This document shows, piece after piece, positions 37,982-51,200 of a DNA stretch of 64,000 bases. Positions within the stretch are counted from its first letter, which is position 1. Every line of letters starts with the position of its first letter. Under the pieces are notes generated by a model. It worked only from the letters and a program-made list of their open reading frames with translations. It made no database searches and was not told the DNA's origin. The DNA is from Haliotis cracherodii (taxonomy: Eukaryota), in assembly GCF_022045235.1 (NCBI RefSeq), contig NW_027266275.1, forward strand, positions 19,902,001 to 19,966,000, given 5' to 3'. The position numbers and the translations under genes are program-made.

Positions 37982-38573
37982 TACATAGCACCGATGCGCT
38001 CGTGTCACAATTACTTGAACAACTTCAAATGTGAACAATAACAACCACATATGATATTTCGGACAGCGTCCATATTTTGTAATCATTTAACCATTCGCGT
38101 ACAAATCAATCCTTGTGTACATTTTGCTACTGATTGTGTTCACGCTTGAGTTGGATATACAAGGCTTAATGTCGATAGCGAAGACACCACACATTCTAAA
38201 ATCTGGAAGAGTATGTACTTATTGTAACTTAAACAATATCGAAGATTTTTATCATCATATCTATATGTCCACTCTTAGTGAGTGAGTGCGGGATCGGGTG
38301 GTCAGGCTCGCTGACTTGGTTAATGGATGTCATCGTATCCCAATTGCGTGGATCGATGCTCATGATGTCAATCACTGGATTGTCTGGTCCAGACTCGATT
38401 ATTTACAGACCGCCATCATATAGCTGGATTATAGATGAGTGCGGCGTTAAACAACAAACAAACAAACAAGTGATTGAGTGGGTTTTAACGCGGCTTTGAA
38501 CAGTATTCCAGTTACATCACGGCGTGTCAGTGATGCAGGTCCTAGACGTTTACCACCTTGGTGGAACCAACGA

Positions 38574-38915
38574 GCACTAATTCCCAGGTGGTACGTTTGG
38601 TAAATGAGCCATCCAAACGAACACTCCCAAATTACAACAAAACATAGCACAGATACGTTTATGTCACATTAACAACAAAACATAAAATGTGAACAACAAC
38701 AACCACATACGATATTTCGGTCAGCATCAACAATTTGTAATCATTTAACAATTCGGATACACATCAATCCTAGTGCGGTACCGATTTTGCTCACGCCCGA
38801 GTTGGATGTACAAGGCTAAGTACTAATACTGAGACATCACAGACTTCCAAAATCTGATAGATCCATACATATTGTAACCTACACAATATCAACAATCTGT
38901 ATCACTTCACCTCCA
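38574..38915 (+). pseudogene. Relic last exon and 3' flank of a fourth Kazal paralogue
   Basis: TTC CCA GGT GGT ACG TTT GGT AAA TGA (FPGGTFGK*, 38581-38607) followed by about 300 nt alignable to the 3' flank of copy C (37764-38270, excluding the MITE). The upstream part of the exon is replaced by a SINE fragment. Confidence 0.8.
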
Positions 38916-39545
38916 TAAATCCATCATCAGCAGACATTCGAAAAACGTACATACCAGATAAATATGTACTTCAACGTTCAATCCAACAATTAACTCGCCT
39001 CAAATTATCAAGAATGGAAATCTGTTAAGTTATATTTCAAGATTGCCTTTAAACGCAGAACTATACTTAAATGAAACATGTAAATCTATTTGTGACATGA
39101 ACCTAGACTGTATAGTATGCGCTCCATGTTTTTGTGGCTATGGCATTAACATTTGAATTGAATATCAAACAACAAATAAGCAAGCATGCATGTGTGCGTG
39201 CGTGCGAGCGTGCGTGCGTGCGTGCGTGCGCGTTTCAGCCATAAAACTCAACAAAACACGTACAATATAAATTATAAGAAACACATTAAAGATTACAGAC
39301 GTAAATGAATCGAAATTGGGAATTCCAAATTGTTTAAAATCACTTCACGTTTCCGTCGTCTGCACAGTAGACTAGTCTAGTCATCATGTCGAAGAAACAG
39401 CAAAAGACATTGCTTACTTTCGTGACAGTCCAGTTGTCGTTGTCCATATTATTGAGGTTCCCTATTCAAATCTATTTAGTTCCTCCCGACGTTCTTGCTT
39501 CTTGAATGTAGCCATTATAATTACGCGATATGCAGTTTGTGGAAT

Positions 39546-39847
39546 GTGAGTAAGTGAGTGAGTTGGGTTTAACGCCGCTTTTAACAGTATTCAAGTTAGA
39601 TCACGGCGTGTCAGCTTAATGTGGGAGGACAGCCCGAAGTGATGCATGTCTCAGACGTTTACCACTTCGGTGAAACCCACGAGCACAGGTATGGTGCTAA
39701 CAAACATAGAAACATAATCGGGGCGAACCGGGATTCGCACCCACTATCATAGGTTTCTGGCGTGCCCAAGGGACGACTCTGCACAGCGAATCGCGGCGCC
39801 TTAGACGACTTGGCCACCCGTGCCCCCCCCCCCCCCCCCCCCCCCCC
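39546..39847 (-). mobile_element. SINE family 4 with an expanded poly-G/C run at its 5' end. Other copies at about 8080-8290 (plus); partial copies at about 6290-6350, 11255-11425, 28925-29135, 38470-38575
   Basis: GGGCACGGGTGGCCAAGTCGTCTAAGGCGCC ... GGGTGCGAATCC; poly-C run at about 39823-39847. Confidence 0.85.
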
Positions 39848-41638
39848 TTTGAGGGATGTACATTGGGTGAAATCTAAATTTAGTTTTACTTATCATATAC
39901 CATTTAAATTGTATTTCCTGTTCTTCTAGGCATCGTTTTATATGCAGAGAATCACTGAGTATTTTCTCGTAAACTAAGCCTCAAACAGCAATCCCCTGTA
40001 CACACATTTCTCACATCTCTAAACATACCCGATAATATAAGTTTAAGAATCTTGATGCAATGATCGCAACAATCTAATTAAAATACGATCTTAGTTTTCT
40101 CATACTATCATTAATCAATAATAATATTCCAATATTGTGTTCATTTAGTTGCGTTGCAGCTTTTACTATTATTCAAAATAGTATAACTATAAGCGACGCA
40201 CTTTGGTACAGCTGATGGAACAGTTTGACATGTCACTGTGTAGACCTCCCGTGGTCAAGTCATTTTGAATGCAAAAACATTAAGTTGACACACAATAGTC
40301 AAACTGGATGTAATCTGATAGTAGGTGCTGTAAATTACGGTGAGTTGGTGCGACCTGCCAATAAGTTCACAAACGATTCCACCGAAATTAATTTAAACAA
40401 TATTGATTTTTTTTTTTTTTTTTTTGTTCCACTCAGTAATATTCCATGTACATGACGGCAGTCTGTAAATAACCAAGTCTGGACCAGACAATCCAGTGAT
40501 AGACATCATGAGCACCGATCTACACAATGGGTACACCATAACATGCATCATCAACCAAGTCAGCGAGTCTGACCATCCGATCCTGTTAGTCGCACCTTAG
40601 GACAAGCATAGTCGCGGCAAGTATGGGTTACTGAAGACCTATTCTAACCCTGGATCTTCACAGGTCATACACAATATTCAATGAAATTTGGAATCAAATT
40701 AATAAAATAGGTTACAAACACAAGTCCAGATATACAAGGAACACATTTTATAACCAGATATATAATGTTAGTGTAATAACGGGATTAAATTGTGTATTTG
40801 AGTATGGATTTATTGACATGGTATGTCTTTGAGTTGGGGAGAAACATCAAGGGCATATGGGTGTATTATGCACACACCATCTACAGAGCAGAAATTGTTG
40901 GAAAAGGTGCACACTCAACTTGTTATCCCTTTAACTCACCATGAAAAGACAACCGCTTTCTAAATGGCATTGTGTATTCATAGCTTTCGGCCATGGGAGC
41001 CGTGCCAATTTACACTTGTCAGAGGGGTACTCAAAGTACGTGATCTACACTACCAGTGGAAGCCTCGGAGACTTTAGTGGGTTATATCGCTGACTTTGTG
41101 TGCTGGCGATTAGGTGCCTCACTCTAGCAAGTGTGGGTTCGAATCCCGGACGCAACTCAACCCAAAAAAAGTACAGAATCTGTACTTTACTAAAAAAGTG
41201 TTTTCCCAAATATAACATCAGTTACATTTGACCACTTTCTAAATGGCATTGTGTATTCACTGTAATTGTGGTTTAATGCTGCAGCTATATGATGGCAGTC
41301 TGTAAATAATCAAATCTGGATAAGAGACAATCAACTGATTGATACTGATATTGAGAGCAACGATCCATGCTGTGCCTGAGCTCCCAAAAGATTAAGTCAT
41401 ACGACCAGCATAGGTTGCTGGGAACTAATTCTAACCCGCAATCCCCACAAAGGATATAACAATTAAGTTTCATATGATTTTACATCTTCTCCATATATAC
41501 ACTTGCATAGTTAAGTATTGATACATGACCTCAAGCTAAGATATCTGTATAATGCTATATTTCACTGAACCTTCCGCTAATCATTTAGCCATTTCCTTGA
41601 AATTTAACTACTTAAAAATGTCTGTCTTTGAAAGTCTT

Positions 41639-41988
41639 GGACCGCCTCCGTGGTCTAGTGGTAGAGTGTCCGCCCGGAGAGCGGAAGGTCCGGGGTTCGA
41701 TCCTTGGCCGCCTCATACCAAAAGACGTTAAAAGATGGTACTTGTTGTTACCCTCTCTGGCGCTCGGCATTAAGGGGCTAAAGCAAGGACTGGTCAGCTG
41801 GGAGTCAGTATACTGTGTCTGAGTGGGGTATCATGTTAAACTGCGGCATGGTATCTCAGTGGGCTAGCACTATAAATTGGCATCAGTACGGACTAGTATA
41901 AGCAACCACATACACTGTGCATGCACGTCGCTATAACAGTGCAATAATCTCGGACGCGACGTTAAACCCAATTTCACCTCACCTCACC
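41639..41988 (+). mobile_element. tRNA-derived SINE family 3 (V-domain-like core)
   Basis: A box TGGTCTAGTGG, B box GGTTCGATCC, core CATACCAAAAGACGTTAAAAGATGGTAC; TSD TTGAAAGTCTT at 41628-41638 and 41989-41999. Confidence 0.9.
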
Positions 41989-43539
41989 TTGAAAGTCTTG
42001 GAAACTATAGCTCTATAAATCTCCATGCAAAGCCACAGTTCACCATTAAGGATAAACGTCCAATATGAGCAGATTGACCACAAACTCTTTCTTCACAGAG
42101 GAGTATTTATTTCAATCAACAAATTCCTGTATTAACTATGGTAACATACAACACATGTAATAACACATATACAAACAGCATTGTAGGTTCCATATGACAT
42201 AGTTCTTGCAATGAGATTCACTGCAACCAAAATCTCACCATACACCATGATAAGCTTCTAACAAATACTAACATTATTTTATAATCATACCTAGAGGGCT
42301 TCCACTGTTTTCTCTCGTGGTTATATCTCTAAGTTGTGAGGCCAGGCAAATTTATTTTATTAATTTAATTATAAGCCTTAATAAAATCTTAATGAGTTTC
42401 ATTGAGAAACTTTTTTTACTGAGTTTATTTTTGTGTTTGACTGTTGTTTAATGCCACACTCAGCAATATTCCAGCTGTATGTCTGAACCAGACAATCCAG
42501 TGATCGACATCATGAGCATCGGTCTATGCAATTGGGATCCGAGGTTTGTCTGTTTGTTTTTGCTTGTTTGTTGCTTAAAGCCACACTCAGCAATATTCCA
42601 GCTATAGGACGGTGGTCAGTAAATAATCAAGTCTGGATCAGACAATCCAGTGATCGATATCATGAGCATCGACCCACACAATTGAGATAAAATGACATGC
42701 ATCAACCAAGCAAGCAATCCTGTTAGTCGCCTCTTACGACAAGCATAGTTGCCTTTTATAGCAACCATGGGTTGCCGAAGACCTATTCCTGGATCTTCAC
42801 AGGTTCCGAGGTTGGTAGTGTGAACAACAACATAAGCCAGTGGCGTACAATAACACAATATCAGTTTTGTAATGCATTTAGATTCCCATTTTAGTTTTCT
42901 CTCACCAAGGTGAAAAAGAAAGAAAGTAATTAAGATTTCTTGAACCAAGCATAGGAGTGTTGATCTGCCAGCACTGATAGACATTTAGACATTCTTCTGC
43001 AATAACACAACAGTTATGGATTTACAAATTGATAACAATATCTTTTTTATCATCTCTCATCTCTCTTTCATTTTTTTTTTCAAAAAAAGGACAGAGTGAG
43101 TATATGTTGTCTTTTCCCACAGTCAGCAATATTACACTTATATCACTCTTAAATCTGGATTAGACACACCAGCGGTTGATAGCATTATCCACACTGTCGA
43201 AATGACACACAATCAGGTCAAACACTATCCAACCAATCCCCTTTTAGTATACTTTCACACAAACAAAGATTTTCACCCTTTTCTATGTCACATAAAACGA
43301 TTCCAGTGCTTTGAGTATAAATGAGGTATCAATATTCCAAATATACACCTTAAATACAGTATTTTCACATGTCAAAGGATTCTGTCATAACAATAATATT
43401 AACTAGCATAGATTCTGCAGGTCCCTAGATACAGCAGCAAACCTCAAGGTTCTAACACTGCTTCTGAAAATCAATCTAGAACACAATCACATCCCTTCAT
43501 CACACAGATCTCTCTTCATCCTTCTGTACCTGGGGATGT

Positions 43540-44956
43540 TCAGTCTTTCTCCCCAATCTTCTCTTCTAGTTTCCTCAGTTCACTATGTGCCATTTCATCA
43601 GCTTCATCTTCAACCTGGAAAAGACAGAGGTATGTGAAAGGGAGACATGGTACGATGGTCCTGCTCATCCATTACTCATCAGCTACACGACAACAATTAC
43701 ATAATTTATTCAAAGTGTCCTTGCAGAATCTGTTTACATTGCTTTGTTTACTCACCTTTAACAAACAAATATAGGATCATTGGTAAAGACATATCAAACG
43801 AACCTCTGTTTAAATAAAGAGAATATAGTGGAAAAAAATTCTTTCAAAAGACATTAGCATGAAACCACCTCACATTAACCTGATAAAAAATAGACACAGT
43901 AGGAGGAGAAAATGATTGTTCTGAGGATTTTAACTTTATTCTACATTTGTTGATTCTGCTGATCTGAAAAGCAAACAAATAGCCAAATTGTTTGGGAATA
44001 AATTTTCTATTATGCCATATTGCTAAACAAATTTAAGAAAATGTTCAACATTGTGAAACACATTCTACATTGTCCCTAAGAAATAATATTTTTGTCAAGT
44101 GAAGATGGGCACATTGTATTCAGCGGTCTGTATGTACATCCCCTTGTGTCAAGTCAGCCAGACATCTCAAGAAAGGCTTCATTCATTGTGTACATAAGTA
44201 ATGGCTGTTGAAAATGTTGACCTTAACTTTATTTTCAAGATGACAGAGTGTTTGAATCATTGGCTTTTTACTTGGAAAGATTTTTCAACTTCATTAATAG
44301 TACTTCTTCAGGCGTAAACTATTGTAAATATGCAACAAAATGAAGGCTGCTTCATGGGCATAATGAACATGGTGATTTAAAGATTTCAGATGCTACTCAA
44401 AAGTTGATCCGACCAATAAGAAGATACGCCAACACAAAATATCAGCTCAATCCGTCAACAGTTCTCGATACCTTGAGACGTGATAAGTTTCATACTGACA
44501 GCAACGGCTGGCTTTCCATATCATGTACTCAAACAACCCATCAGGGCAGGTGAGCTAAACATGCTAAGGAGACCATGAAAGTTCCCACACCTTGCAGCAA
44601 CAGCCTATGCATGCACCAACTGACCTGCTCCACGGACTGTACTTCAGGTATGTAGAACTGCAGCATATTCTGTACCCCATTCTTTAGTGTGACGACTGAG
44701 CTGGGACAACTCGTACATGACCCTTGCATCTTCAGTTTCACAACGCCATCAACAAAACCCTGGAAAATAACAGCAATTACTGACAGCATCGTCAATACTT
44801 TAGTGTAATATACACCACTGTATACACCACCGTATACACCACCGTATACACCACTGTATACAACATGTTCTTCCAAAGACGACCAAGAAATATTGAAAAT
44901 TGAAGATGTATCTACAGAGGACCTTTTCAAATACAAACCAGTCTCACCGTATTCAA

Positions 44957-45005
<49 letters not shown>

Positions 45006-48000
45006 AGGAGACAGATAGACAAACAGACAGCAGAGAGTAAGAGAGAGACGGAGAGAGACAGACAGACAGCAGAGAGAAAGAGAGAGACGGAGACAGACAG
45101 ACAGCAGAGAGAGAGACACAGAGAGAGACGGAGAGGGAGGGAGTGAGGGAGGGAGGGGTAGTTTATTTAAGTCTCACTTAAATACAGTCGTATCAAGCAG
45201 ATTACATTCTCCTTGGCATTAAACAGGTTACAAATAATGTACAGAAACCACCCAGAGGTTATGAGAGACTTACGAATACAATGGAAACACTTTGGTATAA
45301 ATATCATTCAAATGCAGGGCCATTAATTTCAGCACAGCACTGTACATTGATTAACACTGATGTATGAGTAAATGGCATTTTCGTTATGGCTGCCAGGGTG
45401 TCCATCGGTAGAACAAGACAACTTACCATGTAGACAATGTCTCCCCCATCCTCCTGCACGGTTGGCCTGATGCGAGTGTCCAGCAGCTCCTTGATCATCA
45501 ACACTGTCTCATCATCATCAGGATGGGCTGCTACAAGATGAAGAAGTTGTTTCACTCTCACAGGAACACTGACAAACAATCTGACCCATACAAGTCGGCT
45601 GGCTAGTCTGTACCGACACCATAACATTTTTTTCGATGAGATGCCACTTACTTGTCGTGTCACAACTGACCCATTTGACTTTCCATACTGACAGTCAGGT
45701 GGACGATAAATGATAAATTTAAAGTCACACAACAAGATGCCACAGAAATCTGTAAATCTTACACTTAATTGTATATTTATATACTTATCCTATCAAAAAC
45801 TATGCATTTCTTCCTTCTTCTTTCAATCATATGTGGAAACATGCCTGAACAAAGTTTTCTAAAATCAAATCACCATTGTCACCACCAAAACAAATGGTTC
45901 ATACACTGTAATCCCGCGCATAGTCACCTAAACAGCCAGAAGAAGTCTATCGACAGCGACAGGATCAACGTTGACTTGTCGCAGCCCATCTTGTTTTATA
46001 TACCAATCAACTGACAGATTGTTCGACTGGATCATGAGGTGAAGGAGCTCTGCCCAATGGGACACCTCCAGAATGACTGCCTTGAGCTCGAAGTTGTTGA
46101 TAAGGAGCTGCTTCTTTTCAGCAGACCAGCGCCCTGCCACCTCCCCAACCCACGGTGGATGCATTGGCAAGATGTTCAGACAGGACAAACGCCCGCAAAT
46201 AGACTCTCATGCAACAATTCGATGTCACCAGCCACCACAGAAGATGTGGAAGCAGAGATATCAGCAGGGATATTGAGACCTCGCAATTGTCACTCTGGAG
46301 GTAAGGCTGCAAGAAACACTGGATCGGAAGAAGTTGAAGTTGACCCCTCTAAGTGAGGGCTTCACTGAAGTCAGAAGACAGGCCGTGCAGGGTTTCTTAT
46401 CTGTACTCATCTTCCCTCCAAACTATATGTAAAGTCCAAATGATCTTGGAGGGAAATCCAGCAAATAATGTATTCTCTGAACTCTCGGTGCACGTCTCCA
46501 CAGTGTGGCAGTGAGATAGAGAATAATGTGGCAGGGGTATTCGCATGATCAGGTCGTGAATGTCACCATGCACGGGGTTACAGTCCATGACCCATTTGTT
46601 TGGGTGATGACCATGGTGATGCTGGGATGTGTTCGGATGATTTGTTTCTAGAAGCTGGAAACAGATCAAGCATGTTTCCAAATAGGATCGAAAGAAGAAG
46701 AAAGAAATGCATAGTTTGAGACAGGATAGGTACAAAGATTAAGTCCATAACTTATATACAGTTAATGATAGATCTGTGTCACTAGTACAGGATTTTACCA
46801 GCTTCAACCTCATAATCAAAATCATGTACAGTACAATCTGTGGAGACACTTATAGTGTAATAATTACAAGGGAGTGAGTGAACTGTAGACAAACCAGGGG
46901 ATTATTACTTAAGACTGACTGCTTGCTATTTGTGTGTGAATTGATCTACACTGGTTAGAGTCCATTACATCCTAGGACCTACATGTATCAGAGGAGGGCT
47001 GTTCATCTGTAAGAACAGGAAGGTTGGAAGCAAAGAAGTCCATGATGGTGGCAAAGATGTCTGGCTTCAAAATTCCCCACTCCACATCTTCATCAATCTG
47101 TAGTAGAAGATTTATGAACACATGATGATAGCGACACAGCATAGACCAAACAGCCATACATGCATTACACTTACAGTGCATAAGGAATGCATAAGCTATT
47201 TGAAAATAAAACATTTACAGGATGATAAACTTATCAGAATATTCCTGTCTTACATCATAGACAATAATCTGAAACTCTCAAGCACAGTAAAAAATTTGGT
47301 CAAGCATGTCTAGTAGTGAGTGAGTGTGTGAGTGAGTGAATTCTGTTTAACACCGCTTTTAACAGTATTCTCGTTATATCACGGCGTGTCAGCTTAATGT
47401 GGGAGGAAAGCCCAATGTGATGCAGGTCTTACACATTTACCCATTCACTGACACCGCGAGCCCAGGTATGGTGCTGACAAACCTAGAAACATAATCAGGA
47501 CGAACCGGGATTCGAACCTACAATCAGGTTTCTGGCGTTTCCAAGGGACATAACTCTGCACAGCAAATTATGGCGACCCGTGCCCCTGCATGTCTAGTAA
47601 GCTAAGCTAATATAAATCTGTACATGATGTATGTTCAGATTAGAAAATACTTAACATGATGTAAAATGGACATGGGGCAAAGAATGTAAAAACCCTCAAA
47701 AGGCCTTTGCTCAGATTGATGTTCGAACATTGATTGATGTCATAATTATGTGATCTAGATCATGTCTCAATAATTGATTCTGTAGGGCTTCAACCTTGCA
47801 CATATTCTATATGTGAAATACAAGATGTGACACATTATCCACAACAGAGAAGGAAAACATAATTCAAAGAATAGTGACTCTGCTGTAGCCTTAAAACACA
47901 TGTTAAATTCTTCCTTTTTCATTTGTCCATTAATTTTTGTATTTTCTTGCTTACCCTTGTTATTGTGATAAAGTCTGTTCCAAAAAACACTGCTTTGATG

Positions 48001-48256
48001 CCCTCAATCCTGAATAGTTGTCTGAAACCAAAAGCAAGCTACTCACAACGCCTGATAATCCTATAGGTGATAAGCAATATTAACCCAAATCAATTGTTCC
48101 AAGAAAATATTATCTCTTTGTATGAACAATGAACATATTTCTCTTATCATGTTTTAAATGTTAAACCCCAAACAAGGACAAAGAGTGAGTGATAATTGTT
48201 TTTAAGGTGAGGTGTAATAGGGTTTTATATCATTTCACTTATTGAGGATTATTTCA

Positions 48257-48292
<36 letters not shown>

Positions 48293-51200
48293 CGTGTGCG
48301 TGTGCTGTACTATTCCAGGCTTATGACAGTTTTATAGCGCTAGCCCACTGAGATACCATGATGCAGTTTAACATGAATACGCCACTCAGACATAGTATAC
48401 TGACTCTGAGCTGACCAGCCCTTGTTTTAGCCCCTTAATACCAAGTGTCATGCAGGGTAACAACAAGTACCATCTTTTAATGTCTTTTGGTATGACATGG
48501 CTGGGGATCAAACCACCGACCTTCCACTCTCCGGTCAGACACTATCCACTACGCCACAGAGTCATCCCCATGCATCAAGCTACAATGACGCCCAGACAGG
48601 CAGGTCACACACTCTAACCTTTGCTATTATCATTATATACCTTCTCTTATCCTGCATGAGGAACTGGGGACTAATTCTACCCTAGAATCCCCACTGGGAT
48701 CAATCATCAGGAGAACTCACTTTGCTAGCGGGGAGCAGTAGGCTGCCTGGGGGTTAGGAAAGTCGAAAGTTCCAGACTCCAGCACTGTCACACCAGGAAT
48801 AAACTTGAGGCTGTTAGGATTAGGAGTCTCTTGAGTCTGGATGAACATTGTCCGAGCTGAAGAATTTCAAACATATTATTAACATTCTCAGAAATCTATG
48901 ATTGATATGATACCATAAGCGTCATCTTGTGTATGATTGTTTGTTGTTTAATGTCACACTCAGCAATATTCCAGCTATATAACGGCAGTCTGTAAATAGT
49001 CAAGTCCGGACCAGATAATCCAGTGATTGACGTCATGAGCATCGATCCACGCAATTGGGATACGATGACATGCATCAAGCAAGTCAGTGAGCCTGACTAC
49101 ATGATCCTATTTGTTGCTTCTTACAACAAGCATGGTTGCTTCTAATGGCAAACATGGGTTGCTGATGTAATTCTAACCCTCATCTTCATGGGTCTCCCCT
49201 CACGTATATGATCATGATGATGCATCTTTTTCAGTTACATGCCTAATCGTGGTATAGGTTGTGAGTTCACTACTTGAAAGCTACTCTATAATGTTTATTG
49301 GCACAATCTGTTTCAACTTGCTTATTGGTTGGTTGGTTTGTTGTTTTACGCCGCACTCAGCAATATTTCAGCTATATTATGGCGGTCTGTAAATAATCGA
49401 GTCTGGACCAGACAATCCAGTGATTGACATCATGAGCATCAATCCACGCAATTGGGATCGATGACATGCATCAACCAAGTCAGCGAGCCTGACCCACTTG
49501 CTTTTTTAATTCTGTGGTCATCAGTGTTAAATGAGAGTGGTGGACTGACAGTAAAAGTACCAGTTAATCTAAAAATCACAAGTCCCAAATGTTTTCAACA
49601 AATTGAAAACCTTAAATACTTAACATATTTAGAAAGACTAATATGCATAAGTTTCTTAAAATCAATCCTAAACTGCACTCAAATGAGACAATTGAGTGAT
49701 ATACATTGTGTTTAAATACTAGTGTGTATATATTTCACTTAGTTTCTGTAGAATTTTCACCTTGTCCATGGTGAACTTTAGTGCAATACTTTACTTGTTC
49801 AACAGTCAAATCGACTTTGTCACATGTGTTGGGTACATCTTATATCACAAACATTAATGATCATGAACCAGAACTTCCAGTGATGGTTAGGAATAGCCAA
49901 TGTGATGGTCCTGGCTTGAGACAGGACAAATGATTTTCAGGCATGGTAAACACCCAAAGTATACCACTAAAGAAAAGACACCATAGACTAAGAATATGTT
50001 GCTATTGAATGAGTTATGACTATTGTTTCCTTACCTTGTTGTGTGCCCCAAACAGGCCTGTGTCTTGCAAAGAGATTTGGGCCTGTGTTGCGCTGGATGT
50101 GTTGACACAGACATCGTGTTTTCACAAAGCTCACAGACACTGGTGCAGGACTGAAACATACACAGCAAGAACTATCAAATCAACGAACCAAGTACCTTAA
50201 AAAAAAATCAAGATATCAATATATTATCAGTTATAGTGTTAGAAATGGTTAGATCCTTTTTCAGCACTCAATTTCTGCAATTCCAAGAAGAAATAATCCT
50301 TTTTTCATGCAGCATTTCTCATGTTTAGATGGGTATCAGTGATTAGACTATGACCATGAAGATTCATCTTTTGCAGGAAGGCTTGGAAGCAGTTGTATTT
50401 TTTACTGATATGTCTGAGTTAAGTATACATGGTAAAGACCAATGGCATTATTGTTTGCTTGTTGTTTAACACAACACTCAGCAATATTCAAGCTAAATGA
50501 TGGCTGTCTGGAAATAATCAAGTCTGGTCCAGACAATCGAGTGATTGATATCATGAGCATTGATGCACGCAATTGGGATATGATGACATGCATCTTCCAC
50601 GTCAGAAATACCGATCCTGTTAGTCGCCTCTTAAAGGCATGGGTTGCTGAAGACCTATTCTAACCCGGATCTTCATGGGTCTGGAATTATTGAGAGAAAG
50701 TGATGACACAGAGTACATCACTCCCCATCATGTCTTTAATTCTGAATACATGAATTGATAGAAAAACATACTGAGTTTCTAATGCAATGGTCTGTACCAG
50801 TCATTTTGCTCAGCATGACTTTTTCATATTTGAAAAATGTATAGGTTTCATATTCCGAATCTTTAAATCTCTAATTCATGTAAAATGAACAGTAGGATGA
50901 TCTCCTTTCTGCCTGGCAAATTAAAAGAGACGTCAAATACTATGATAAGGTTGAATGTTTAACACATGCTTGAATTCAAGCATCAAGGACAATCCATGCA
51001 TGGTTACTGCAGTGTTCAAAAAGAACAGTGATCCCAGAGTTCTTAGGGTTTGCTGCAATACTATTTGAAAACCAAGGGATCCCTTGTTTCTGTAGGCGGT
51101 GGAGGTAGACTGAAACCTGAAGGTGTTTCTTTGATGATATCTTAAGTAACTTCCTGGTATAAGTGACATTTTGGTGATTTACCAAGGGCAGTATTTGAGG

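Noticed and set aside
38278-38499. Recurrent short ORFs containing [19 protein letters not shown] (also 19517, 33911, 42616, 48896, 50402, 61748)
   Set aside because: Translations of SINE family 2, not a protein family.
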